Shown in pieces: positions 37,214 to 48,444 of a DNA stretch of 64,000 bases. The position numbers and the translations under genes were made by a program. Every line of letters starts with the position of its first letter. Positions within the stretch are counted from its first letter, which is position 1. This stretch comes from Puccinia triticina. Its lineage: Eukaryota. Under the pieces are notes generated by a model. That model was not told the DNA's origin. It saw nothing but the letters and a program-made list of their open reading frames with translations, and did not search any database. The stretch covers positions 1,984,001 to 2,048,000 of the forward strand of contig CP110439.1 in assembly GCA_026914245.1 (NCBI GenBank). Reading direction: 5' to 3'.

Positions 37214-38266
37214 ATGGAACTAGCAAAAATAGCTGATTTCACTGCGAACGGCACAACACCGTGTGAACCGACTGCGACAGAAGTCCGCTACCTAAAAGGC
37301 TACGCATGGAATACACTGAAAGGCTTCAACGCAGCGGTGAAGAAGCTCAAGAAAAGCTTGGCCGAGAAGTACCCACAGGGTTTCGAGCTTCCACTCACGG
37401 ATGACAATATAGAAACCTTTTGCTGTTGGGCGGGTCGAGACGGGGACAACCCAGCTAGCCATGAAGTGGCCTTGACCACCTTAGTGAAATATCTGTTGGG
37501 CCTCAAGGCGTGGCACCTCTATCACAAAAAGCCGTATCCAACGGAGTGGGAAGGCCGCATAGAAGTTTTTCTCAAATCCTCAGCGAAAGCAGACACCTCA
37601 ATCCCAAGCAAACCGAAGAAAGAGGCAGTCCTCCTCTCCCACATGATCTACCTAGCCGAACACCTCATCGATGGTACGGCGGAAGAGAAGGCAGTCCTAG
37701 ACCTGGCGCTAGTCGCTTTCTGGGGGATGGCCCGTCTAGCGGAATTGACTTACGACAGAGGAGAAGGCTCCTTAAGCAGATCAATGAAACTGCTCACTTC
37801 CGACGTCTCTACCGAAGACCCAAATCAGACCATCCTCACACTACGCAGTGCAAAGACCTGCAAACCGGGCGAGACACAACAAATCAAGCTAGCCCGTCTG
37901 CCCATTGCTCTCTGCCCTACTTTAGCTGTCAGGCGACGTATGGACGAAGTAGGAAAAGAAAGAACATCCCTTTTTGGCTACAATATGGATGGTCAGCGTC
38001 ACCACCTGACGAGGTCTGCCGTAATCTCCATTGTAACAAGAATTTGGACAAAAGGAGGCTTCCATAGACTCTCCGGCCATTCCTTTCGAGTAGGGGGTGC
38101 ATCCCTGCGGATGGCCCTGGGCATCAGTGTCGGAGAGATCTGCTCCCTCGGACGTTGGCAATCCACCTGCTACAAACTATACATTAGACAGTACTCCCCT
38201 GCCCAATTGAAAGAAGCTCTCTCTTTGCTATCCACTCTAGAGGATAGGTGGGTCAAACGAAGTTAA
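37214..38266 (+). CDS. Tyrosine recombinase (phage-integrase family) of the retrotransposon
   Basis: Catalytic set intact: R (FWGMARLAEL), K (RSAKT), HSFR (GHSFRVGGAS), GRW, Y (YKLYIR). Start placed at MELAK, after an A-run. Confidence 0.93.
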   Translation: MELAKIADFTANGTTPCEPTATEVRYLKGYAWNTLKGFNAAVKKLKKSLAEKYPQGFELPLTDDNIETFCCWAGRDGDNPASHEVALTTLVKYLLGLKAWHLYHKKPYPTEWEGRIEVFLKSSAKADTSIPSKPKKEAVLLSHMIYLAEHLIDGTAEEKAVLDLALVAFWGMARLAELTYDRGEGSLSRSMKLLTSDVSTEDPNQTILTLRSAKTCKPGETQQIKLARLPIALCPTLAVRRRMDEVGKERTSLFGYNMDGQRHHLTRSAVISIVTRIWTKGGFHRLSGHSFRVGGASLRMALGISVGEICSLGRWQSTCYKLYIRQYSPAQLKEALSLLSTLEDRWVKRS

Positions 38267-38598
38267 TATCACACAATTTGTCAACTCTGTCAACTTGACC
38301 GGAGTGGGTGGGTTATCGTGCAAGGCTCAGGCTTCCGTCTTCTCGCCAGAGTTGATGGGTCTAGCACTGATCCCCCACTCGCGTGCTCTTTTTTATTCTG
38401 CTCCGGGGGGTTTTCCCTCCTCTCGAGCCACCAAGACCCAGAACAAATTCTGAACCGTCTTCGGAGGCTCGGGGGACACACGGCGAAAGCCCCCCCCCGA
38501 CCCACACACGACCGGCTTGGAGCCCCCCTTAGTGGGGGTTTGGGCCGGTCTAGGGCAGCCGCAGAAGCGCAAGCTGACGCGCCTGCCTGAACCTGTAA

Positions 38599-38891
38599 GA
38601 GCATCCTTACCGGTCGAGCTGTGTTGGCGCGAGTTTTGACTCACAGCTGTTGCAAACTAACTTAGCGACAGCGATTCAGCCGTATCGGTTCGGCTTGCGC
38701 GGGGTGGAGCTGAGTGGTGGGCGCGGGAAATGGCAGTTAGCTTCGAGCTAACCGTCACTAAATGCAGTGACGGTTAGCTGAAATTCAAGCTTCCCACTAA
38801 TTTAGCTTGGGCTTAGCTACACCCGGTGTGGTTGAGATTGGTGGCTAAACTAGCTAATTTTGAGCTAAACTAGTCACCGGTAAGGATGCTC
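38599..38891. mobile_element. PIF/Harbinger (Tourist-like) MITE inserted in the YR element's 3' tail
   Basis: TIR GAGCATCCTTACCGGT; TSD TAA; TAGCT-rich interior. Confidence 0.92.
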
Positions 38892-39617
38892 TAAGAGGAG
38901 AAAGTGAGAAACAAGGAGAGACTTCCCTGACCCCCGTAAGGGGGCAAAGTCCCGTCCGCACACGCCCACTAAGATCCTAAGGGGCTTAGTTGCGGCAGTT
39001 GCAAGGAATGGACTCACCGAGATTGGAGACCGGGATCCGTCACTCGTCAGTGCCGATAGCTGATCTGCGACGGGACTGTATCGACCAGATCCCATTTGCC
39101 TTTCTCTATTGAGGCATCTTATAATACTTTGTATGCCATTCGGAAGACTCCCGAAGGACACGACTTCGGTTCTCCGAGTAAGAACCTCTGCGGAGACCTC
39201 AGTTCTCCGGAGACTTCGGATCTCCAAGTAAAAACCTCGCCGGAAGTCATGGGGAGGAAAACGTTCTTAGTCCGTCTGCCGTGTGTATCGTCATTATGTA
39301 CCATCACAAGTTGACCATCTCACCGTGGTCCCGGCCGAGCCCCAGCTGTCTCCACAAGTCTCCAGTGCAGCAGCCTCTCGACTGACGTCCAGGTCACAGG
39401 ACACGCCTAAGCTCTCCGACATTTGCCTGCAAGAGCTTCCAGTACTCCCAACACTCCATGCCCTGGAACATGCGAGCGTTTCAACACCAAAGAAATTTCA
39501 AATTGGGATACATATATTAATGTACACCGTGTAAAGTCACCGGTACCAGCCGGTACCTGAATGCCAAGGTCTTGAGGCTTTTCCTGGACTTGCCTAACAC
39601 ACGTTCACATAAGTCGA

Positions 39618-40675
39618 CTAGCGTGTGGTGTGTGGTGTGTTGACGGAGTTCTGCGCTCCGGACAAGAGGACATTGTGCAAGGCGTATCGGTGGGGCATAA
39701 AAGCCGGATGGTTTCGTAGCGTCTCAGCTTCAGATAACTCAAGCTGGCAATCATTTTCCGGATCTTGCAACAGCCATTCATTATCGTAGCTCGCCCTCAC
39801 TCTTTTGAGAAAGTATATCGAACACAGGCGCTTTCGGACATCTATCAATCAATCGACAAGAGACTTATTCGTGAGCCATCTCGTATTCTTGACTCATGGT
39901 TGAAAGCTATGACTCATTTCCCTTCCTGCGCACCTGTCCCTGTAATCCGCCAAGCCAGCTGAGCCCTCATCCGAGAAGATTTGAAGATTAGCAAGATGCA
40001 GGCATTCCATGGAATCGGTTCCCCATTGGGTCTCCTCTTCATCATCATCGCGGCCGTCCAATCAACTTTGGGGGATTTGGTGGGAAACCGGGTGAGCACA
40101 GGCGCACATTGCCACAGCTTGCCCTGCCCTGGTCACAACTCTTGAGGACGAGGATGGAAAGCAAACAGCCATTCTTACGGTCGACAATATTAGGGGGGTT
40201 CACGTAAGGCTGATTTCGAAAATCAGCAACCAAAACCAGCAGATGCAGCTTTTGAAAATTGTGAGAAAGCGAAAAGGTTTGGCTGGGCAGCTCCCCTTTG
40301 GAAGCAATCTGCAAGGCATAAACCTTACTCACGGGTGCATGAGCAGACGAAATCAGCATTGCTTTTTTTGCAACGTGAACCCCCCTATTCGAAGGGCGGA
40401 CGGGTCCGATGACGAAGATCGCGAACATCTTATTCGGCAACACATCTGCACACTTCCTCATCCCCGCCCCAACCCACTGCCCATAACGTTTTCCTCGATA
40501 TAGTCTTGTCATACATACATCTCCTTTCAATTAATAATAATTCCCGGAAACACCAAGTGAGAATCTGTGCAAATGGATGTGTTCTGCGACGTCTGTTACC
40601 AGAGTCGAGGGGTGGCTTCGCGGCCGCCGTCTGCTTGGCTACGGCTACCGCTCTGACCACTCGTCGCTTCCGCAA
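39618..40675 (-). CDS. Possible multi-exon hypothetical gene
   Basis: Chain of short minus-strand ORFs with GTGAG/GTGCG donor-like sites in unique sequence; exon structure not resolved. Confidence 0.25.
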
Positions 40676-41544
40676 GCGGAAGAGCGGGGGTCTCTAGACA
40701 AGGTGACTGGAGTGAGTGCGGGGGAGAGACAAATTCTCAGATGAGACTCGCTAGATATGATTGTTGAGACCGGGAGGAAGGCAGATGTCTGTGGCCTGTG
40801 TTATGGCGGTGTTGTATCGTCCTGTGAGACCCCTGTTGGCTACCAGTTTTTGGTCAGGCCCATCCCGAAGCCAAGTGAAGCTCAGTCCGGCACAGTCATC
40901 CTGCCAATGGATTATATTGGATAAATCCGACTTTGCAACTGGGCGAAGGAACGGCCATGTTTGTACATCTGAGCAAGCTCATTTGGGCGCAACAGGAGTG
41001 AAGAAGAAGACCGAGTTGGTTTACCCGATGGGTCATCAAACCTGTTCTAATATTTTTCCTCTCCGGTTGTAGGAAGGTGCTGCAAACCTTGAGAGACTGG
41101 CATGAGGCTGTTTCCGGAACCATTGGTTGATTGATAGATACACACTAGACTGTTCTGATCATTGGAGTATGGGAGGATGTGTTTGGAGGGGTGTTGGTTC
41201 AAGTGGATGATGGGAGGTTCTCCGACTGATTGGTTCTATGTAGTTGGATGAGGGTGATCTTATGCTCGGTCCAGCTACTGATAAAACAGTTCCCCCTGAA
41301 TCCTGAATCCTGAATGCTTTGAATGCTTTGAATGGAGTGTTTTGAAGCCCAGTTCAGGCTATGTAGGTGGGATGGATTACATAAGCCAGCTAAGCTTCTG
41401 TTTATATGCCGCCCTGCCTCCGTGTTCCTCTTCCCCCAGCTAAGTGTGCCTTGTGAAAATAAAATAATACACAATATACATATTTTGTCTTTTGTTCATA
41501 AAAAATTCGTCTCCCGCAAGCCGAGCAAACACTCCCCACCCACC

Positions 41545-42240
41545 ATGGCCCCGCCCTACTCCACCCTGCCCAACACCCGCCCCAGAATATCATCGCCCCT
41601 CACCTGCGAGCTGACGTTCGCCCGCCAGCCAGACCACCTCCTCATCGGCCACCCTAATAATGCCCAGCAGCAGCCCCAGCCTGGCCAGCCAACCCGCACC
41701 CTGCTCCTCTGCTCGGCTATCGACGCCCTCCTCTTCATCCACCTCGCCAGAGCACTCACGCCCTCCCTCCTCCCCCACGCCCACGCCCTCTGCGCATCCT
41801 CGCCCCTCAGCCCGCTCTGCACCGACCTGCTCGCAGCCCCGCTCCCCGCCGAGCTCATCATCCCCACCCTCGCCTTCCTCAAAGCCCTCAGCGGCTTCTG
41901 TCTCCTCCACACCGGCTCAACGATCTGCTCCTACGCCTCCAGCTCGCTGCTCCTCTATACCGCCCTCGCCGCCGCCGTCCATCTCTCCAGCCACAGCCCC
42001 TCCCTCCCCGCCTCGCTCGCCATCCTCATCGCCGCCCTCCTCCTCGCCGCCGTCGTCGTCTGTCTTCCGCTCCTCAGACTCACCCAAGTCCTGCTCGACC
42101 TCGAAGACCAACAGGCTCTCCAGGCCTCCCGCGCGAGCAACATCACCAAGCCCTCGTCGACCCACCAACCCAGGAAACCCACCTCCTCGTTCAGGCAATC
42201 CAACAAGGCTCGCTACCAACACCTCATGAACCCCTTCTAG
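41545..42240 (+). CDS. Hypothetical multi-pass membrane protein (~231 aa)
   Basis: CCACCATGG start, strong C-ending codon bias, about 4 hydrophobic segments. Confidence 0.75.
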   Translation: MAPPYSTLPNTRPRISSPLTCELTFARQPDHLLIGHPNNAQQQPQPGQPTRTLLLCSAIDALLFIHLARALTPSLLPHAHALCASSPLSPLCTDLLAAPLPAELIIPTLAFLKALSGFCLLHTGSTICSYASSSLLLYTALAAAVHLSSHSPSLPASLAILIAALLLAAVVVCLPLLRLTQVLLDLEDQQALQASRASNITKPSSTHQPRKPTSSFRQSNKARYQHLMNPF

Positions 42241-42341
42241 GAGCCGCGCTATCGTTACAACATACTATCACCGTCTAATAATCATCTTGCCCCGGAACCC
42301 TCTCCTATCATGCTCATCAACTTAATCATCGTCTGCATCCG

Positions 42342-42345
<4 letters not shown>

Positions 42346-42379
<34 letters not shown>
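42346..42379. repeat. (CT)n microsatellite
   Basis: Read directly. Confidence 0.95.
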
Positions 42380-42382
<3 letters not shown>

Positions 42383-43399
42383 ATCTCTTCGTCTTTCGCA
42401 TCCTCAAGCAAAGCAGCTAGTCTGTCTTCACTTCTCTCCCTTCCCGAATCGTCATCGCCGTCCCTAGAAGAAAATCTCGCTCGCACAGTCCCCCGCTGCA
42501 TCTGCCTCTCTCTGCCTCGTCCTCGTTCTTGCTCCCCCAGCCACCCCATCTCGCTCTGTAAACCTCCCCTGCTCCCCGCCCTTGTCTCTCGTAAGCCTCA
42601 TTTATCTCTCTCTCTCTCTCCTGATTCTCTCAGTCGAACAAATCACTAATACATCATCCACACGCTTTCTCTAGCTGCCCATCAGACCCGATTCGCTGGA
42701 CCCCGATACGGACATCATCGGTCTCACCAGCCTTTTTCCGAACAGCACCGCATTCTTACAACCCCGTTGGCCCGCAACTCCCTTCACCGCCGCATCATGC
42801 AGCCATCTCCCACACACCACAATCCCCACATTATTTTTTTTCCTTATGGCCCTAGCGGTCCTCCTTCTTTTCTTTCATCTGCCCGTCTTCGTATATGTGT
42901 ACGTGTGTGTATGCATTGTCCTGAGTACATACATATATACCCCGATGTCTACATTTCGGCTCACCTTTTCTCAACTCTTTTATTACGACATTGGTGCATG
43001 ATGGTCTCTTGGTTGTGTGTGGGATGGACTGATGGGCCTTTTCTTCCTTCCCTTTTTATATACTTAATTTATCATTATTATCATTATCAAGAAACGTTGT
43101 TCCGAAATTTCCAACCAGCTTTTGTCTTGCCATGGAAAAAGAAAGTTTCTGCTCGATGGAATTGTGGCTATAGAGCTTGTTCCAGGATGCTGGTGCAGGG
43201 ACACGGGAATGCCTGAAAGACTAGCCAGGCCAGCGTCACGGCCTTATACTCAGTAAAGCTAGCGGCGCGGCAATGAAAGGGATTCTTGTTTGTGTTAAAT
43301 GTGTATTTCAATGCGAGAAAAAACAATTTATCAGAGGAAAGAACGACCAGATAAAAAATGCGGAGATAGAGATCACAAAAAAGAGAGACAGTAGAAGCA

Positions 43400-43440
<41 letters not shown>
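43400..43440. repeat. (GA)n microsatellite
   Basis: Read directly. Confidence 0.95.
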
Positions 43441-43444
<4 letters not shown>

Positions 43445-43966
43445 TCAAAAGGGAGAAAATATCACAGAAAAAGGAAACAGGTCCAGCACAGCAGGAGAAG
43501 AACTATCAAGATAGGTTAAGAGATCTATGGCAAATTACGAGAGGAACACCGACATTGAATCCAGGACTTTGCAACTTGTACGATGACAAACAGTAGGGGT
43601 GATATGATCCCAGATGGCCGACAAGCGGAGACAAAAACCAACGATGATGGAGTTTGTTTGTTGTGTGGAGCCTAGATATTTAGTGAGCAGGAGAGGGAAA
43701 ACTAGAGTCTGAGGGAGTGACGGCAAAAAAGCAGATTGGCAGAGCGCTGGACGGGAGATAGAAACAATATCGAGTACCAGCCCGGAAGGAACCAGACCAA
43801 ATAAATAAAGGAATGTGAAGAAAGTTGACTGATTCATAGGAAACGATATTGGAAACCACTTGGCGAGTTCAGAAGGAAGCCGGTGGGACAGGAATAGACG
43901 ATTAAAGGGTTAGGAATGAATAAGAAACGCGAGTGATAGGGTTGAATTATCAATCTATCCACTGGG

Positions 43967-45294
43967 CTATCTATTTATTAAGAAGCCAGCCAAGGATGAG
44001 ATGAAGAGAGATAGATAAAGAGGGCTGGGGTGTCTCCTGGACGACTCTGAAGTTGGGGGTTTGGGGCTGATTGAAATAGGGAGAAAGCAAGTGTGGATCA
44101 GAACCAGTCCAAGACGAACACGACCAAAGAGTAGAACGTCAAACTCACCGATTGTTGACGGAGGAGGTATTGTTGCCCATCTTGGTGTTCCCGCCGATGG
44201 TAGAAGTGCTGTTTTTGGGAGGCGTGGATCCCGGACGAGGGGCGGTGGTCGCGGTGGAATTGACACTTGCAGGAGTATCCGTCGAGTTGTTGTTTCCGGG
44301 TTTGTCTGCCACGGCAGTAGCATTGCCTGCATTGTCCGGGGAAGCTGTGGTGTTAGAAGACGGTGGTGGTGGTTTTCCCGGCTGTGGCCCGGCTGCAGTC
44401 GAGTTGTTCAGGCCGTTTGGTGGCTGGTCAGGCGCCGATGGAGCTCCGCCGGCGGATTTGTCCGGACTGCTACCGGGGGCACCAGGAACGGTCCCGGCGG
44501 TCGAGTTCTTGGAGTCTCCGCCAGGAGGACCGGGCGCGGGTGGAGCGGATGCGTCGGCTGGGTTGTCCGAGTCTGCGGCCCCATCATCAGGCTTGCTGGC
44601 GAGGTCTTTAGGGGTTTGCGGGCAGTCGGGCGAAGACTATTGTCGAAAACATGAACACCAAAAATCAATTCCGCATTCACAGTTTGTTTTTTGATCGCCG
44701 GGTCCCCCGGCCAGAAAAACTCGCAACTGAAAGACTTACTGAAACTGTGCTCAGGCCAGAATGTGTTGTTTGCCCTCTGGAGTCTTTCACCTCGAAGGTG
44801 ATAGTCATCCCAGTGGCCATCCCATTTGGCAAGCTAAAAAAAACCAGTCACTCAGTATAAGATTTGACGTCGAAAAATACACATGTGGATGATGATCGAC
44901 TCACCTCAGGCTGGAGGGGTTGTTCACATCTGAAAAACTTTGCAATGCGGCGCCAGCAGGATTATCCTGAAGTGAAAAGCGGGGCTCTTTCGGTCAGACA
45001 TCAACCAACTCTTTGGCGAGAATCCGGGGTCAAGGGCTTACGGCTTTTTTAATGGTGATGGTGTACGGAGGGGTTCCTCCTTTGATATCCAATGGGACTG
45101 CGCCACATTGGTTCACGCTACATGAATGTCCAGAGGAAATTGATTGAGCCCAGCGAATCTGGCATGCAAAGAAAAAAGGAATAAGGCTCTCACCTGCCAG
45201 GTACTGCGACTGATGGTGCGTCATTGTTGGCAACCGAGTGTTGAAAAGCGAGAAGGAAGCCGACGACGAGTTTGGACAAGTGGAAGACGCGCAT
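43967..45294 (-). CDS. Secreted, probably GPI-anchored Ser/Pro/Asn-rich surface protein, multi-exon
   Basis: Signal-like MRVFHLSKLVVGFLLAFQHSVA; Cys-containing domain with GGTPPYTITI; low-complexity stalk with NxT/S sites; hydrophobic tail LYLSLFISSLAGFLINR*; GT-AG introns. Confidence 0.75.
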
Positions 45295-46128
45295 GTTGGA
45301 TAGAAAGCTGAGAGAGAATGAGGGGAGGCTGCTACACAACACGCTTGGCTCCGCAGGATCCGAAGGAGTGTATGATGGCAGGAAAGGAAAAAGTCGAGGG
45401 CGACGAAGTAGCTCGAATGCTAGACTCGAATGTTAGGAAATTGCTCTGGCCTCTGGCGCGAGTTTAAAGCAGCCCAGCTGAACTGAAGCACACCAGGTGT
45501 CGGTAATCGAGTATTTTCGCGATGTGTTTTCTTCTACCAGGTGTATCAAGGGTTGGCGCTAGTGAAAAACTGTGACTGGCTACTCGTTGGCTGGGGTGAT
45601 TTGTGCTTCAGGCAAATTTTTACTGTGAGAGGGAGACGAGTTTTTACAGTGGAGAAGAGGAGGTTGGGGAAGGGCGGCTGCTGATGGACCACAACCAGGC
45701 GACAGACGCTGCTCTTTTATCCTGGTCCAAATCACTGCAGGCTTCGCCTACCACAGCCGTCCTGTTTGCGGGAAGCCTCCCACCGTGCTCATGAGGGTAG
45801 GTGTTCTCTCCTGTGAGACCGGTGAGCCTGGGCACCGGGCGGCACGGTCGCCGAAATGCAGGAGCCGTCGTGTGATTTTCTAAGGGCTCGCGTTGGAAGT
45901 TACTCTGGCAAGCCTTCGGCTGCCCCCTCAGCCATGGGAAGCTGGTTGGAGACGCAGAGAAGCAGTTGTGTGACTTCTCGTACTAGCAGGGCCGAATACT
46001 TTCTGCACTCGACTTTTCTACATCGCTTCCCATCGGCTGCCGGTCTGCATGGATACCACCTTCACAACCATAATTTGCTGGATCAAGGTGATCAAGCCTT
46101 GTGGGTCATGTGCCATCCGTACTTAAGT

Positions 46129-46256
46129 GGAGGACTTCCCGTCAACCTGGGAACCCCTTCCAGACCCAGATCTGAGCCAAATTTCGCAGGGAAATTTAGG
46201 CTTTGAGACTCTGGGAGGCTCTCAGGTTGCTCCCAGATTGCGACGGGAAGTCCTCC
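46129..46256. mobile_element. 128-bp MITE with ANT-type 3-bp TSD, upstream of TOM20
   Basis: TIR GGAGGACTTCCCGTC; TSD AGT. Confidence 0.85.
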
Positions 46257-46560
46257 AGTGCCTCGAGACTTCTATGTAGGGGAAAGCCAGGCTGCACAGG
46301 GCCCTCCGAATGGGGACATACTCGCGAAGGCCGCGAGGGCCTTCGTTGCGGAGGAAGCTTGAGCTTGAGCCGGAGCCGGAGCCGGAGCCTGCTGCGACTT
46401 GTGTGCACAGTCCATCCGCGGCACAGTATCCATCCACTGTATGCATGCTGGCTGTCGGGGACCCGAGCCCTCGTCCTAGGTTCACTGTGTAACACTTTTC
46501 TTTCCTGATACCACCTGGACCACGAGTTGTTTGGATCGTCGTATAGATTGAATCGAGAAC

Positions 46561-47778
46561 ATGGCATCAACCCGACAAGTGCTTACCATCGGTGGCCTCT
46601 CTTTCCTTACCGCCGGATTGACTTATTGTTTGTACTTCGATTACAAGAGGCGGAACGACCCGGCGTTTCGCAAGGAGCTTCGTGTGTAGCCTGACTCTAT
46701 CTTAATCGTTTGATGCGCCGACATCATGACAAAGAGGCTTACTCACATGGGCTTCCGATCTGTTCATGAAATCAGTCAAAGAACAGCGTCGACTGGTCAA
46801 GAAAAATCAAACTCAAGATAGGAATGCCTCCCGCGAGTTAGAAAAAATGCTCCAAGCTGCCGTCTCGAGCGTCCTTTCCGAGCAGTTTCCGACGACTGTG
46901 GAAGGCAAGGAGCAGTTCTTCATGGAGCAAGTTGGGATCGGAGAAATGCTAGCCTCCAGTGAGTCTATTCCAATCGATCACAGCAACACCAAGCCGTAAC
47001 ACTTCTGATCCCGTCCGACCTGTGATCAAGAGATGCCCCGAGGTGCTATGCCAGCGGCCATCGCTTTCTTCAAAGCGTACAAAGTGTATCCGTCGCCTGA
47101 GGAACTGCTGGTCATCTACCAACGGACGATGCCCCCTGAGATATTTGCAATCATCATGTCAGTCGGTTCCTCGTATCGTCGCTGGTTGCCTAATGTTGTC
47201 ATCCTAAAGCATTGCTTCATATTTGCAGTGAAATGATCAAATTGGAAGTCAACCAAGTCATTCATGCTAAGAACAACTATCGGCCCCAGACCCGCATGGA
47301 CGCACCAGTCATCGAAGAAATCACCGGCGACGAACGTGCACTGATCGATGCTCTGAAATCTGTTGCCGCTTCAGCGCCCACTTCAGCCTCGACCAAGCCG
47401 ACTTCCGAGGGGTCCAAAGCACCTTCTGCCGAATCCAAACCGCCATCTGGACATGAAGCCGCCCCGAAATCAGCCCCACTCTCCCTGAACCCCTCCGGAG
47501 ATCCAAGCACGCAAACCAGTTCAGCTGCCCCCTCCGAAAATGGAAGCGCCATGGGCGCAAGCCAAACAGCCAACAGCTTCGTCCTAGTTCATGACGATTC
47601 CTCTGCTCCAACCAATACCTCCCAGAGCATCACCCAGCCATCCGAGCCAGAAAATCAGTTATCAGACGACCTCAACACCGACAACCAACCTCGGGAAGAA
47701 GATGCCCAAGAATTAGAAAACGGACACTCTGCAGACGATCAACCCCAACGCGCTTCCTCAGCACCGGTAGAAGGTTAA
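46561..47778 (+). CDS. TOM20: Mitochondrial import receptor Tom20 (MAS20 family), multi-exon
   Basis: N-terminal TM followed by YCLYFDYKRRNDPAFRKEL; EGKEQFFMEQVGIGE; FFKAYKVYPSPEELLVIYQRTMP. Confidence 0.95.
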
Positions 47779-48444
47779 AAGAAAGACGATTCAAGCCCCA
47801 GTTGACTCGTTGAGACTTCAATCCTCTGTTCTCCTGTTTGCATCCCTTATATCCTAGTAAACCACTATCAACCCAATAAAACCTCATGTGTAGCTCCCTG
47901 CAAAAGCAAAACTATAACACACGTGAAATGAATCCCCACTCCTGCGTCGCCCTCTATTTGGGAGTCCCTCCCTCTTATCACTTGTGAGAATCTGCCCATG
48001 TAACGTTTTCAATCTCTGAACCAAAAGCTACGCAACCCTACATCCTTTGACACGGTCACTTGCCCTCACCCTGCACTCATGATTGTGTTGCAGTTCTTTG
48101 CAACTCTCTGTCCGTTGTCCTTGAGGGATTGCATCTGAAAACACAATTTGTAACTCTCCACAAGTTACAACCTATATCCGCTTAAACTTGGCGGCTGTTT
48201 CCAGCCAACTTAAGCAAGCGAGGGATAATTTTGTCCCCTGTGGCAGCGCTGGGTGCCAGGCCGTTGCAGCACCGCCGTCGCCCGTTTACCCAAAATCTGC
48301 CTCGGTGTAGAATTCTCCCCGATCACCGGTCCGGATACCGTGGATACCCGCACGTGTATCCGCAGTGTCCCGTGTAAAGCACTCCACATTTTTCCTCTTT
48401 CCATCGAGCTAAGACTGCTTTCGCTGTTCTGGATTCCTCAAAAG

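Larger units (their letters stand above)
32737..39420 (+). mobile_element. Tyrosine-recombinase (DIRS-type) retrotransposon: gag - RT/RNase H - YR; both ends approximate
   Basis: Three colinear ORFs with RT, RNase H and YR motifs; no LTR, protease or DDE integrase; structured non-coding ends. Confidence 0.93.

Noticed and set aside
38560..38595. Hairpin-ribozyme-like AGAA-GCGC..GCGC, and HDV-like GGCGAA/GGCTAAG motifs here and near 20995
   Set aside because: No NGUC cleavage site or loop B; the nested HDV pseudoknot could not be built.
33261..39343. GTGGYCCC..GGCCKAGCCCC at both ends as Ngaro-type split direct repeats
   Set aside because: Only ~20 imperfect GC-rich bases, far shorter than real split direct repeats.
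41556..42229. Antisense and alternative-frame ORFs over the membrane-protein gene
   Set aside because: Shadows of strong GC3 codon bias; the same applies to the plus-strand ORFs at 44061-44694.
42346..43440. (CT)n/(GA)n pair as a functional inverted repeat
   Set aside because: Explained by ordinary CT microsatellites downstream of two convergent genes.
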